Virus record (IMG/VR): IMGVR_UViG_3300020576_006124
Location: 133,240-197,239 of that record
From: a virus
Taxonomy: Duplodnaviria; Caudoviricetes
Length of the DNA stretch: 64,000 nucleotides
Strand: one strand, 5' to 3'
The translations under genes were made by a program, and so were the position numbers. The notes under the pieces were generated by a model. That model searched no databases. It was not told the origin of the DNA and saw nothing but the letters and a program-made list of their open reading frames with translations. Positions 30,801 to 40,303 of this stretch are shown one piece after another. The first letter of the stretch is position 1. Each line of letters begins with the position of its first letter.

Positions 30801-31540
30801 GTGACGGCACCCACTATGGCTTAGCAATTACTTCTGGGGAGTCTATGTCTAAAAATACCCTGACAGCGTGGTGGCTGCAAGCGCTTAAGAGTTATGGCCA
30901 CGAAGTTCCAGGATTAAAAGATTATTCACCGGAAAGCCTTAGTGATTTTGCTAAATCTCTAGATACTCCTGAAAAGTGGAAAGATTTTGTGGACAACCAT
31001 GTTAGTAAGCTGGCTGTAGATCTTGATATAGATGGTCAAAAAGCTAAAGGCTTAAAGCTGGGACATCACGAGGCAGGTCTATGGGTTCCAGGAGGGCCCC
31101 CCGGGAGAACCTTTAATCCGATTATTCGAGGCACCTCTTCCAACGTAGCAGATGCAACCGTTTTCACAGCAGCTCAGGAATTAATGCCGAATGTCTCTAC
31201 AAGGGATATACAAAAAACCATGAGTGAGGCGTTAGATATGTCTGTGAATGCCTCTGGGAAAACTAGTGCAATGGGCACAGCTCTGGACGACATTGGGGAT
31301 TACCTTGCTGCTTCTACTGAAAAAGGGGGATTTATTTTCCCCAAATTTAATTCTATTTCTTATCCTAGCACAGCTCAATTAATAGACAAAGATACTGGAG
31401 CAAAACTGGCTTCTGTAGAACTGGGGGCAGGAGAAGTCCCTCTTAAGAATAAAAAACTACTTAAAGCAATGAGATCTGCGGCGGAGGCTGCAACAGAAGC
31501 TATGGCGAACTTCCACTTAGAATTTCTCAGGAGAAGATAA
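27893..31540 (+). CDS. Putative single-chain two-barrel RNA polymerase A (probable virion RNAP), 1215 aa
   Basis: VLRQP (R169)...LN-x9-DADGD (D197/199/201); C-terminal GKITFYNGDR (K950/R958)...DGTHYGLAITSGESMSK; colinear with 52663-54894. Confidence 0.75.
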   Translation: MDLFGAPRDNKSLLEEYMEQAEAGIFDGNEETPRGFFRKRISLTMGADPTRYHGIISSSGGESYLNTSKKSIIQAFNSEINQARNINLNEYAQIFFNLAHQKGLIEHQIGVSSERYRTRVSPMVKTSFNTAQELVEGTRGGRFPKSPMDLITRGISKYKKPTSYLAVLRQPLDVQEGSGEKFMRFLNSFESAVVKNDADGDENDVLKLKAFIHHKMQILGELMSKNPVLGDPRFTKRYQASFEDLFPMDSTEWWKDPSIQKDFLRDLKTYASNKSFKSNVDSLRARIRVSNVGKIVSATNSIEQWQMMQMSEQYPNMHPRDIMNLIAGSGHWTNKENDPGMGAGKKYLGEVQNYLEEYALKSSNKNLVRTKSNILNPDSFVIRGMNWRERQDFREGNFTGAQRAAVAKELQEGPSRKIRVKEILRNSTPVITKPRPTKKFLAQVSDLNLLRDEVEEGTFWDRYKYYKKEIATRTKWEGDLDSYNAFFGVHVFPADEENPPVLSGQSLDKKLLPWRSGSDRTVAARSLLKNLGIDYTEVAVSGDHAVWAEEQGIEPVGYILSRSMRIVQQAEEGGIKSELVKGLPLMGQLENRTVLNETLLSGATKMLHPMYQVEQGKLVQHIDPIDQLAHILEGNLIQPGANGDRAIKNARMFGEVPKETVNFLKSRLRSLDSDVMVSLRNNGVDPVVLQSFHERFLKLSQGSHPKGMMDNLLSEFQILRDTTFHAGKYLEIKDQIREFLDEYGSNVRAEYSFVGKGGLKGQYIAKVSDQNLDSLGRVAWLVQNTGGKMGFTQMEDLVQAFNVVSGHALMGTKPRDFFKGGKVTFGRPGFLDAHPNRVNQLQSQMLDSIHVQQNMVMVNMSFDSVRDLYKRTSRLDLPEFAEKNPGESIAIMSKYGRDQFRGAKDQFHMLPGVQDPSGTDLGVLYNSNGLDVVPVMGANTHLEKLMAEGKITFYNGDRITSTNVDRILGSDGTHYGLAITSGESMSKNTLTAWWLQALKSYGHEVPGLKDYSPESLSDFAKSLDTPEKWKDFVDNHVSKLAVDLDIDGQKAKGLKLGHHEAGLWVPGGPPGRTFNPIIRGTSSNVADATVFTAAQELMPNVSTRDIQKTMSEALDMSVNASGKTSAMGTALDDIGDYLAASTEKGGFIFPKFNSISYPSTAQLIDKDTGAKLASVELGAGEVPLKNKKLLKAMRSAAEAATEAMANFHLEFLRRR

Positions 31541-32163
31541 TGGATTTCTCCAGACTTGTTCAGAGCCAGTTATATGCTGTTGGAATAATAGATAATTCTC
31601 CCAAACTCACCCCCACAGGCTGGTTGAAAGAGGGGACTTCAAGAACAGCCTCTAGTATAGAAGAAGAGGATTTTGGGGATTCTTCCCCTGTAGCTAAAAA
31701 TAGTATGTCACCCGATAGAAACTTAGATCATATTTATCCTGATTTTAAGGATAAAGCTTTAGCAGTCTTAAAGTTGATGGAGAGTTGGTGTAAGACACAC
31801 CAACCCAATCTATCTCCGATGTTTGGAGAGGGATTCAGGTCAACCGCCAGACAGCAGGAATTATATGCTCAAGGCAGAACTAAGCCTGGTAATAAAGTTA
31901 CCAATGCTGATGGCATAAGGAATAAAAGTAAACACCAAAGTGGTCTGGCTATGGACCTTTGGGTAAAGAAAGATGGGAAGATTGTTTGGGATGCTCCTAA
32001 AGCTTTCTGGGACTATTATGGCCATGCTTGTAGAGCCAACGGCCTGGAATGGGGAGGAGACTGGAAGGGCCTGGTAGATCAACCACACACGCAATGGCCC
32101 TCAGCAGATAAAGCAACTTATGAAAAAGCCAAGGTATGGCTAAAAAGTAAAGGGCTTTTATAA
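31540..32163 (+). CDS. Endolysin, M15 family (L-Ala-D-Glu peptidase-like)
   Basis: EGFRSTARQQELYAQGRTKPG, SKHQSGLAMD, LEWGGDW, DQPH. Confidence 0.9.
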   Translation: MDFSRLVQSQLYAVGIIDNSPKLTPTGWLKEGTSRTASSIEEEDFGDSSPVAKNSMSPDRNLDHIYPDFKDKALAVLKLMESWCKTHQPNLSPMFGEGFRSTARQQELYAQGRTKPGNKVTNADGIRNKSKHQSGLAMDLWVKKDGKIVWDAPKAFWDYYGHACRANGLEWGGDWKGLVDQPHTQWPSADKATYEKAKVWLKSKGLL

Positions 32164-32166
32164 CGG

Positions 32167-32199
32167 AGAAAGGGGGGAAATTTCCCCCCTTCTTTTTTT
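32167..32199 (+). terminator. Intrinsic terminator between convergent genes
   Basis: G-run/AAATTT/C-run hairpin followed by TTCTTTTTTT. Confidence 0.8.
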
Positions 32200-32271
32200 C
32201 AACTATGAGTTACTAAAAAACCTTTAGTATTAATATAGACGAGCACTTCTTTTCAAAGGTTTCAATTTTTT

Positions 32272-32949
32272 TTAACAAATTGGGCCGTTTCCTGTAATCC
32301 CAACCGATTTACCACAAATTTTACAAGTTAAATAAAATGTTTTGCCTGGAGGTATGTATAACCCAAGTAGCCCAAAATCATGTCTGCACCCTGTTGGGGC
32401 TAAGTTGTAATCCTGTTTCAATATCCGATGTAGTCGAAAGAGTTCGGAATCTTCTATAATCCAAGGAGTGGGGGAGATCTTATCAGGCGGAAATGGGGTG
32501 GTGGTTAGGAGGCCGCCCTTAGGGGTCTTTTTTTCTTTTAGGATCTGTTTAAGGAGATCCAGTACGGGAAAACCCTCAAACACTCCTTTCTCTACCATTA
32601 AAGAGAAAAGAGAATCCCAATCTACAAAAGGTCTGCTGCTGATAGACGGATCTGTTTTTAACGGAATATTAAACCCTTTATCGTCTATGTAAAGGTCTGC
32701 AAGGGGTTTGGGGGAAGTGGACCAACTACTTTGTTCTGGGTTGATTTGAGAACTCCAGATAGAAATATTATTTTCCTCAAACCACTTTTCTGCTTCTTGT
32801 AAGTATTTACCTGATCTGCAGGTAAAAAGAAGAAGCTTAATTCCTAGAACATTGAATAGTTTAAGATAGGGTACAGCCCCTATGTCTTTTCCTATTTTAG
32901 GGAAATCATGTGAAACCACAGTTCCATCAAAGTCTAAACTAATAATCAT
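32272..32949 (-). CDS. HAD-superfamily hydrolase (BT0820-like) with C-terminal Cys motif
   Basis: ISLDFDGTVV, LFTCR, SPKPLADLYIDDK. Confidence 0.85.
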   Translation of the reverse strand: MIISLDFDGTVVSHDFPKIGKDIGAVPYLKLFNVLGIKLLLFTCRSGKYLQEAEKWFEENNISIWSSQINPEQSSWSTSPKPLADLYIDDKGFNIPLKTDPSISSRPFVDWDSLFSLMVEKGVFEGFPVLDLLKQILKEKKTPKGGLLTTTPFPPDKISPTPWIIEDSELFRLHRILKQDYNLAPTGCRHDFGLLGLYIPPGKTFYLTCKICGKSVGITGNGPIC

Positions 32950-33139
32950 CTCTCTTATTGTACCTATCTTCTAGAAGACTAGTAGCAAGAAATATACCTA
33001 TTAAAGATATAATAACCAAAAAAATGTTTTTTTCTTCCAAAGAGAGATATAAGTCAAAAATCAAAAAAAGCCTAAGAATATGAATTACGGCTCTAGGCAG
33101 GGCGCAGGAAAATTCAAAGAGAATTTTGTTCTTCTTCAC
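32939..33139 (-). CDS. Small membrane protein
   Basis: 66 aa; hydrophobic segments. Confidence 0.45.
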   Translation of the reverse strand: MKKNKILFEFSCALPRAVIHILRLFLIFDLYLSLEEKNIFLVIISLIGIFLATSLLEDRYNKRDDY

Positions 33140-33731
33140 TTTTTTTGATTTTATCTATGTAGGAGGCAAGCTCAGATTTAGAGTCTCTTTCTTCCATCAA
33201 CCTGATATGAGACTTTTTATACTCTTCATAGAGAGAAGTAAGATCTTTTAAGTATTTTAAAGTTAGTTCTATACTACCAATCTCTAATACAGCCTGATCA
33301 GTACTTTTTCCTAAAGACTCAAGGGATTCAATGGAAGGAATCGTATCTCTTTTATTAGATAATTTACCTTTGGCATCCAAAGTCTTAAGTTTTAAGGACT
33401 TTGCCATTTCTTGCAAACTCTTAGTTTCGGCTGATTCGATTTTTAGTAAAACTCTTTCGAGAAAGTCCAGTCTCTTCTCAGCTAAATCCTGCCATTCAAT
33501 ATCTTTTTTTACTTCTTCTAGTATTTGGGGTATAAGGTTTTTTAACTGGTTGTGTCTATCTATTTGAGAAGAAGAGATCCACTGCACAAGGTGGGTACTC
33601 TTTGTGGCTATGTCTTCTAAAAGAGCCTCTACAGCCTCAGTGTTTAGATTTAAATCTACTTCGGAAAGAAAAAGTTCAGATAGACAGGCCCTTTCTTGGG
33701 TTAAAAATCTTTCTATTGAGGGATAAAACAT
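33114..33731 (-). CDS. Coiled-coil hypothetical protein
   Basis: E/K/L-rich; preceded by the late motif. Confidence 0.6.
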   Translation of the reverse strand: MFYPSIERFLTQERACLSELFLSEVDLNLNTEAVEALLEDIATKSTHLVQWISSSQIDRHNQLKNLIPQILEEVKKDIEWQDLAEKRLDFLERVLLKIESAETKSLQEMAKSLKLKTLDAKGKLSNKRDTIPSIESLESLGKSTDQAVLEIGSIELTLKYLKDLTSLYEEYKKSHIRLMEERDSKSELASYIDKIKKSEEEQNSL

Positions 33732-33738
33732 CCTAAAA

Positions 33739-33763
33739 TAAATAGAGGTAAAGACTCTATTTA
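33739..33763. promoter_or_regulatory. Divergent pair of late promoter motifs
   Basis: TAAATAGAGGT-AAA-GACTCTATTTA between divergent ORFs. Confidence 0.7.
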
Positions 33764-33779
33764 TAAAGAACTAATTGCT

Positions 33780-34127
33780 ATGATTAAAGTACCTGCCCAC
33801 TTAGCCACATTAACCCCCACTTCGGGGACTAGTGTAATCACTGGTTACATCTGTTTTAACGATGGTTCAACTAGAGTTGTCTCTTCTTTAAGCATTACTG
33901 GGAGCGGCACTTTAGGTGATTTTCTAGTAGGAGCTACTATTCTAACAGAGAATGAACTAGATAAGGTTCTGTTCTTTTACATTACAGAGGTTGCCGGGGC
34001 TGATTTTTACTGCGGGAGCCAAGGTATCTCTGGAGTGTACTCAGAAGACGCCCAGGTAGGCAATCTCTTGATACAAGTGGGTGTATATAACACTGATCCT
34101 TATAGATTAGGAGCTATTTTTAGTTAA
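33780..34127 (+). CDS. Hypothetical virion-associated protein
   Basis: 115 aa; first gene of the late-motif-driven tailspike cluster. Confidence 0.55.
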   Translation: MIKVPAHLATLTPTSGTSVITGYICFNDGSTRVVSSLSITGSGTLGDFLVGATILTENELDKVLFFYITEVAGADFYCGSQGISGVYSEDAQVGNLLIQVGVYNTDPYRLGAIFS

Positions 34128-35347
34128 TGGATTTAGTTGGCATTTCTTCATTATCAAAGGCAAATTCTACAGCAGTTAACCTAGTTTCAGAATATCCTGT
34201 AACTAACCCAGAGGTTATTGCTGCGTCTGTTGCAGCCATGAAAACTAGCAGAACTAGTATTATTGTGCTGGGGGACTCTAACACGAATCCAGGCTACGGA
34301 TGTGACTCGAAATATCAGCACAACTGGGCTTTTCTATTCACCCGTGGGATGCAAGAATTATTAAAAAGGCCTGGAGGTTTTGGGTTTGCGCCTTTCTGTG
34401 TGATGTCTGGTTCTGCGGGGGCTACTGCCTGGACAAGTAGGCTAGGAACCGCTATTTCTTCGGACAACGTGACACTGGTAGGGACTGCGGCCTATAATGG
34501 TCAATGGATTGCGGCTCCTGGTATGTCTGTCATGCGTGGCACAGCTGGAACTGCTACCAGCATCACCCAAACGATTGGAGAGGCCATTGGCACATCAAAC
34601 CAGATCACGATTCTGGGATTAAATCAGGGAGGAGGTACTATTGGGATTACAGTCAATGGGCCAGGCACTACCGACTCGGTAGCTTCTACTTCTGGTGCTG
34701 AGACTGTATTCACTAAGAGTCTTACGTTTACCGTTGGTACTGGTACTTCAGTCACGATTGCATTCTCCTCAGGATCGACTTGGACCTCTGGGTGTATCTA
34801 TGACCGGTCTGATCTGGACGGGCCGACCCTATTCAACTTTGCACATCATGGAAGAAGATTAGTGGATGATGGTACCAGTGCAACAGGGTTTTATAGAGCA
34901 AACAACTCTAATGGAATCACCAACAATATAGCCACTTATTCAAGCAGAACTCCTGCCATGGTGATTGTTCCTACATGGCAAAATGATGCGGCAAGTTCAT
35001 CTGTTGACCTGGTCACTTTCGAGGCTGGGATGCAAGCGATTGTTACTAGAGCAATTGCTGTGGGGACCAGGGTAGTATTTATAAACTCATTAAAGCCCCA
35101 TGTGTTAGATAACAATCCTGCCAGCTACTCTACCCAAAGAAGAATAGTGGCCTCTCTTGCGGCTGCTAATCCTACTGTGGTTGCTGTTATAGATGAAGCT
35201 TTTGCTTTTGATTTTTGGGGGGATTTCCAGAACGCGCTTGTTGCTGGAGGTGTGGTGAACCTAAGGTTTGACGCATCACACTACAACCAAACTTTCCATC
35301 ATCTTAGGGCTAGTAGCCTTCTAAAGATCTTCAAAAAATACATATAA
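34127..35347 (+). CDS. SGNH/GDSL-hydrolase-domain virion protein
   Basis: VLGDSNT, WQND, DASHYN. Confidence 0.75.
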   Translation: MDLVGISSLSKANSTAVNLVSEYPVTNPEVIAASVAAMKTSRTSIIVLGDSNTNPGYGCDSKYQHNWAFLFTRGMQELLKRPGGFGFAPFCVMSGSAGATAWTSRLGTAISSDNVTLVGTAAYNGQWIAAPGMSVMRGTAGTATSITQTIGEAIGTSNQITILGLNQGGGTIGITVNGPGTTDSVASTSGAETVFTKSLTFTVGTGTSVTIAFSSGSTWTSGCIYDRSDLDGPTLFNFAHHGRRLVDDGTSATGFYRANNSNGITNNIATYSSRTPAMVIVPTWQNDAASSSVDLVTFEAGMQAIVTRAIAVGTRVVFINSLKPHVLDNNPASYSTQRRIVASLAAANPTVVAVIDEAFAFDFWGDFQNALVAGGVVNLRFDASHYNQTFHHLRASSLLKIFKKYI

Positions 35348-35352
35348 AAAAA

Positions 35353-36900
35353 ATGGACTTAGTTGGTATTCCGGAATCGGTCAGTCTTCTGAACTCAGAA
35401 GAAATTATCTCTTCTTTAAAATCTACTCAAAATGGGTGGGGGTCTTTTGTTCCTGTTTGCTATAGCCCAAGTGGGGCTATTCCTATGTCCAGAAGAAGTA
35501 CTTCAACGAGGTCTAATGCGTCTAGTATACCTCAACCATTTGTCGTAGACACTGAGGGGTTTATACGACTTCTTTATATAAATTGTTACAACAACACTGG
35601 GTCTAGTCGGGCTGAAGACCCCATGTCATCAGCCCTAAGCATTCAGGATTATGTAGTCTTCCCTAATGGTGAAGAGCACCCAGTAACATTCACTCAGAGT
35701 GGGGGTTACATAGGCACTGCCCCCACTTTAGGGTTCCTACTCTCAGATCCCATAAGGTGCAGTGCAGACTTTACAAGAAACCAGGAAATTAGAATTAGAT
35801 CGAATAAGTCTGTGGCTACTGCTGGCTCCAATATGTTCCCAGAAAACTGGGTTGCATGTGATCCTACTAGTACTGGTGCCTCTATGCAATGGGATGCCAC
35901 TAACGTACTTGCGGATGTATCCACAGTTGCGTCTAGATCCACTGCAATTACAAATGACATAAATAGTAGGTTAGCGTTTGTTCCCATTATTTTAGGGAAG
36001 CCTAAAGTCTCAGTAAAGGTAATAGGAGTAATAGGACACTCTTTCTTTAACAGGTTCGGTCCAGTTTATGGGTCTAGTCCGGCGTATACTGAGTGGGGAA
36101 AGTCGGGGATAATAGGGAGAGCCCAAGCCCTCAAATCAGCCTGCGTAGTGAATGTTTGTGCTGCATCTGAATCATATGCTACCCTCGCAGCAAATGGATG
36201 TGTGGCCCTTAAAACTATTCGTCTACCATTATTGATGGGCTGTGATAGAATTTTGCTGGCTCCACCAGTAAACGACGTTCTTAGTTCTAGAACATCCACG
36301 CAGATGATGAACGATATAGCCTCTGTCCGAGCTTTTATCACTGCTGCTACGGGAATAACAGATTTCTGGTACTCTACTGTTCCCCCACTAGGCTCAACAT
36401 CAGATAATGGGGTCCTTGCTTCTAACTTCACTGTGGGGGCTAACGAATCTAATAGAACGGCTGTAAATACTGCTATTAGATCTCTGGCTGGATCTAAGCT
36501 AATAGATATTGACGCAGATATCATTACACAGGGGGGTACTGGAGGAAAGTATCCAGACGCTACTGTTTTTACGACTAAAGCAACTACAGCCGCCAACGCC
36601 AATCTATTAACTTGGACAGAAGCAGCCCCTAATGGGTATGGGTACTACTACCATATGGCCGCCAAGGCAAAAACAGGGACTGCTGGGAATATAGGCCAGG
36701 CAAGGCTTGTTAGTGGATCTAGGGATAATGGGTCTAATGTTGTTCGTGTAGATTTAAATTCCGGTTTATCTTTTGCTACTACTATTGGAGACACGTTCGA
36801 CATCTACAAACTGTGGACGACGGACGGCACCCACCCAGGACACTTGCAGATCGACCGGTGGGCGGCACTGATGACCGTCAGCGGAGGGCTTTTCGGCTAA
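35353..36900 (+). CDS. SGNH-hydrolase-domain tailspike-like protein
   Basis: VIGHSF, PVND, TDGTHP. Confidence 0.7.
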   Translation: MDLVGIPESVSLLNSEEIISSLKSTQNGWGSFVPVCYSPSGAIPMSRRSTSTRSNASSIPQPFVVDTEGFIRLLYINCYNNTGSSRAEDPMSSALSIQDYVVFPNGEEHPVTFTQSGGYIGTAPTLGFLLSDPIRCSADFTRNQEIRIRSNKSVATAGSNMFPENWVACDPTSTGASMQWDATNVLADVSTVASRSTAITNDINSRLAFVPIILGKPKVSVKVIGVIGHSFFNRFGPVYGSSPAYTEWGKSGIIGRAQALKSACVVNVCAASESYATLAANGCVALKTIRLPLLMGCDRILLAPPVNDVLSSRTSTQMMNDIASVRAFITAATGITDFWYSTVPPLGSTSDNGVLASNFTVGANESNRTAVNTAIRSLAGSKLIDIDADIITQGGTGGKYPDATVFTTKATTAANANLLTWTEAAPNGYGYYYHMAAKAKTGTAGNIGQARLVSGSRDNGSNVVRVDLNSGLSFATTIGDTFDIYKLWTTDGTHPGHLQIDRWAALMTVSGGLFG

Positions 36901-36903
36901 AAG

Positions 36904-37842
36904 ATGTTTGAATATCTTAGAGCTGAAGCTCAGTACCATTCGGCACTGCTTAAAATAAATGGTTACACTGAGGGTGGAAGGCCGTTAGTGGGAAATTATT
37001 ACTCACAGAAGGGGCTACTCAATGTGGAAGAGGCCCTTTCTCTTAAATTACTGGGCACAGCTTACTACGACAACGATCCTAATAGAATTAAATACAAGAA
37101 GATAGTTCTAGATAAGGAGTATATACCCTTTAACAGACCCCCTAGTACTGATAATTTAGCTGTCTCTTATCAAATTTTGGAGGAGGGAGGAGTTATCTCT
37201 GATAAGGTGGTTAGAAATGGGCAGAGCCTGGATTGGAGTAATGGAGGAAGTGTAGCTTTGGGCTCAAGGTCTTCAGGATCGAAGGTCAATCGGATGATTG
37301 CAAAAAACAATTCCTTCATCAGAAACTCCGGGTCGGGTCTTAGTATTTACAATGTAAACGATTTTGAAGTCTCAAACTGTACTTTTATAGACTGTTGTGA
37401 GAAGACAGAGGATTTAGGATATCTTTATACCTGGGGCCGCAACCAATCTAGTGGTGGAGTTGTTAAAAATTGCTCTTTCATCAATACTAGAGCGATAAGA
37501 AAAGGCAGAGGCTGGCCCCAAGCAGGATTTGGAATTACAGCCCCCTATGGTGCTTGGGTTTATGGCGTACAGATAGATGATAATAGAGGTGATGTTATCA
37601 TTGATAATTGCTTTTTTGATGGTTTAACAGTTGCCATTATTATCAATGGAGGAGACAATGTCATTATCAGAGACTGCACCTTTGGGCCAAGAACTAAAAT
37701 GCATCTTTGGGTAATAGGCGGAGGGAAAGTGTTAGTTGAAAATAGCCCCACCTTTGATCAAAATAAAGTTCTCCATCACACAGGTATTCCTCAAATATTT
37801 AATAATTCTGTTTTAATTTCGCCCCAACACTCTCTTATTTAA
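36904..37842 (+). CDS. Right-handed beta-helix protein
   Basis: Repeating VSNCTF/VKNCSF/IDNCFF/IRDCTF; EDLGYLYTW. Confidence 0.7.
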   Translation: MFEYLRAEAQYHSALLKINGYTEGGRPLVGNYYSQKGLLNVEEALSLKLLGTAYYDNDPNRIKYKKIVLDKEYIPFNRPPSTDNLAVSYQILEEGGVISDKVVRNGQSLDWSNGGSVALGSRSSGSKVNRMIAKNNSFIRNSGSGLSIYNVNDFEVSNCTFIDCCEKTEDLGYLYTWGRNQSSGGVVKNCSFINTRAIRKGRGWPQAGFGITAPYGAWVYGVQIDDNRGDVIIDNCFFDGLTVAIIINGGDNVIIRDCTFGPRTKMHLWVIGGGKVLVENSPTFDQNKVLHHTGIPQIFNNSVLISPQHSLI

Positions 37843-37897
37843 CTGTAAGTTAAGCTCTATTAAACTTGAAAGTATAGTAATAAAAAAGTTACTTTAA

Positions 37898-38104
37898 ATG
37901 GACCATCTTTATCTAATTTTTCTTTTATTTGGGCTACTATTTCTTTCTACAGCGATGCTCTTTGTAGTTTCCGTTCATGTAAAGCAGTTTCTTGCTTCTA
38001 TGGACAAAAGCACAGAGATGCTACAAAAAATGGGGGAGGCTATAAATAAGAAAAGTGGGGTATTAGAAAAGATGGTTAGCGTTTTAGAGGAGAAAAAGAA
38101 GTAA
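37898..38104 (+). CDS. Small membrane protein
   Basis: N-terminal TM segment. Confidence 0.6.
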   Translation: MDHLYLIFLLFGLLFLSTAMLFVVSVHVKQFLASMDKSTEMLQKMGEAINKKSGVLEKMVSVLEEKKK

Positions 38105-38106
38105 GT

Positions 38107-38409
38107 ATGACGTCGGACATTCTTATCCCAATTGCCACTACCTTAATTACAGGAGCCATCGTAGGACTAGTAGGATACCTGCTTGCTATTTATCGGGCAG
38201 ATCCTAAGCAACTGAAAGAAGATATTTCTTCTATGAGAGAAGAAACAAAAAAAGAACTTTTCTCTATGAGAGAAGAAAATAGGAGGGAATTTCTGACTTT
38301 AAGGAAAGAGGTCTCCGAGGAATTTAGGGAGGCTAGGGCAAAAATGGACAGCATCAGCGACAGGTTGGCTCACCTTGAAGGTGCTACAGGGACTGGTAGG
38401 AAGTTATGA
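38107..38409 (+). CDS. TM + coiled-coil protein (holin/lysis-associated candidate)
   Basis: N-terminal TM, repeated SMREE coil, RLAHLEG. Confidence 0.5.
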   Translation: MTSDILIPIATTLITGAIVGLVGYLLAIYRADPKQLKEDISSMREETKKELFSMREENRREFLTLRKEVSEEFREARAKMDSISDRLAHLEGATGTGRKL

Positions 38410-38654
38410 GCACAGGAGGGGGAACTGTAGATCCTGGTAAGGTGGACTTGTGTATAAAAGGGGAATGGACAAGCCAAATTGTAATAGACGGTAATGTTTA
38501 TATAGCGGCCGGAGCGCAAGTAAATACTCCGGGGCCAACTACTATCACGGGGCAACTAAAAATAAATTTGTCAGGGGGAACTTCGGTACATTTGGGGGGA
38601 CCAGTATCAGTTGGGAGCCAATCAATAGGAACCGATCCAGTGCCATGCGAGTAA
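38406..38654 (+). CDS. Hypothetical protein
   Basis: 82 aa; overlapping start/stop. Confidence 0.55.
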   Translation: MSTGGGTVDPGKVDLCIKGEWTSQIVIDGNVYIAAGAQVNTPGPTTITGQLKINLSGGTSVHLGGPVSVGSQSIGTDPVPCE

Positions 38655-38872
38655 GGAACTTTGATTTGTTTTTAATTTCTTTTATATTCATGGTTTTGGG
38701 TGTGGGAGGGATGGTCCTGTCTTATATTCAACTAAATATTGCTGTAGGTGAGGCCCATAACGAAATTAAAGCATTCTCTAAAGAGTCTAGGGGAACAGTG
38801 TTTAAGAGTGACGGGGCCGTGTCAGTATCTGGGGATTTAAATATTAATACAGGAGAACGTAAAGAGGGATGA
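38645..38872 (+). CDS. Small membrane protein
   Basis: One TM segment. Confidence 0.55.
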   Translation: MRVRNFDLFLISFIFMVLGVGGMVLSYIQLNIAVGEAHNEIKAFSKESRGTVFKSDGAVSVSGDLNINTGERKEG

Positions 38873-39063
38873 AGTCAGTAATGTCATGGGGTCTAGCGAT
38901 ATGTGCTCTCGCTGGTTTGGTGGGTATACTAATTCTTATTGGGTTGGGAAGGTCTGTTCCAGCAGAGGTGGTAGGGATTGTTAGTGGAGCTGTAGGGGCT
39001 TTGGGTGGAGCGTATATGGCCCATCAGTCGCCAGGGTCTTCTTCCTCACCCGAAGGAGAGTAA
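38869..39063 (+). CDS. Two-TM holin-like protein
   Basis: 64 aa; two hydrophobic helices. Confidence 0.45.
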   Translation: MKSVMSWGLAICALAGLVGILILIGLGRSVPAEVVGIVSGAVGALGGAYMAHQSPGSSSSPEGE

Positions 39064-39623
39064 GGCATTTTAGGGATAAAAGATATAATCTCATCTACGT
39101 GAGAGTAGTCTGACTTAACGGTAGATTCAATAAAACCAATTTTGTTGTTGATGAGGAGTCTTTTTAAGCCTTCATCAACTTTTTTTGCCTCTTCCTCTGT
39201 CTGAGTCCTACCCTTAGGGTTGTATTTATGTGCATCAGAATCTCTTACAAGAAAGATGTTTAAATTATTGAATAGATTAAATTGATCTATTACTCCCTTT
39301 TTCCAATTATCTGTGGTGCCGAAACCTCCATAATGTAACCCTAGAAGTATAGGGGAGTCAGTTACAGCAACCTCTACTTTCCCTAAAATCCTAAATTGAG
39401 AGTAAAGCTGTTTAGCAGTTGTGTAGGGCTGACAAACCTTAGCAGGAGAGAGGGGCTTTGGGTCTAAAGAATGATCCTCTTCCCAAGTTTTACCCTTTGC
39501 GTACTCTGTAATCAATTCCGCATTAAATCCAAGGGCTTTTAGCTTTCCAAAAATTAAAGCCGCTGAGGTACTCTTACCTGTACCAGGGCCTCCAAATAGA
39601 TTAATTATTAAGGTGTTGTCCAT
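39024..39623 (-). CDS. P-loop NTPase (NadR/AAA_28-like)
   Basis: INLFGGPGTGKST, TEYAK, VTDSPI, GRTQTEEEA. Confidence 0.85.
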   Translation of the reverse strand: MDNTLIINLFGGPGTGKSTSAALIFGKLKALGFNAELITEYAKGKTWEEDHSLDPKPLSPAKVCQPYTTAKQLYSQFRILGKVEVAVTDSPILLGLHYGGFGTTDNWKKGVIDQFNLFNNLNIFLVRDSDAHKYNPKGRTQTEEEAKKVDEGLKRLLINNKIGFIESTVKSDYSHVDEIISFIPKMPYSPSGEEEDPGD

Positions 39624-40066
39624 TATAAGGTAAAAATGTTTATCAGTCCCGGATGGAGTTTATTGGGCCCCATATGTTCTTTCTCTGGCTTCTTTTTCCA
39701 TATCCACCTGAGTCTTCCATTGAACCCACCCCTCAAGAGTGGAAACTCTTCTTTTGAGAGCCTCTAACTCTCTTTCTAAATCTTCAAATTCTTTCATTTC
39801 GGAAATATCCATCTTCTCTCCCTATCTTTTAAAGCCTCAAACAGTTGATCATCTGTTATTTTTGGGGATAAAGTTTCTGTTATATAGTTAAATTCTTTTA
39901 ATCGAACTAATTCATTATACCACATTTTTAAAATCTCCTCTAGGCCTCTAGGTGGGACCTTTCCTAGAGATGTGGAACACCCTATTCCCAAAAGATTTTA
40001 TATTTAAAAAAAGCACACTTTCAGGGCCTAGTGGGAAAATGAAGGTATTATTAATGAACTTAAATG

Positions 40067-40303
40067 TCAAAGTCTTCCTTTCTCTATCTCATCCCAAGTT
40101 CCTTTATAACCTACTCCATCAATCCAGATATCATCCCATTCAAAATCCTCTTCACTGTCCTGTGAGATAGTAAATGGCATATTTAATTCGCTAAAAATGG
40201 CGTTAAGAAGGAACACATCTGGATGTCTGTCAGAATCATAAATCTTCTTACCATTTATGTATAATGCTGAGTAACAGTCTCCTTTCAAAATATTTATAAT
40301 CAT
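40067..40303 (-). CDS. Hypothetical protein
   Basis: 78-aa coupled ORF. Confidence 0.55.
   Translation of the reverse strand: MIINILKGDCYSALYINGKKIYDSDRHPDVFLLNAIFSELNMPFTISQDSEEDFEWDDIWIDGVGYKGTWDEIEKGRL

Noticed and set aside
36790-36900. DGR variable repeat
   Set aside because: No template repeat or reverse transcriptase seen in the window.
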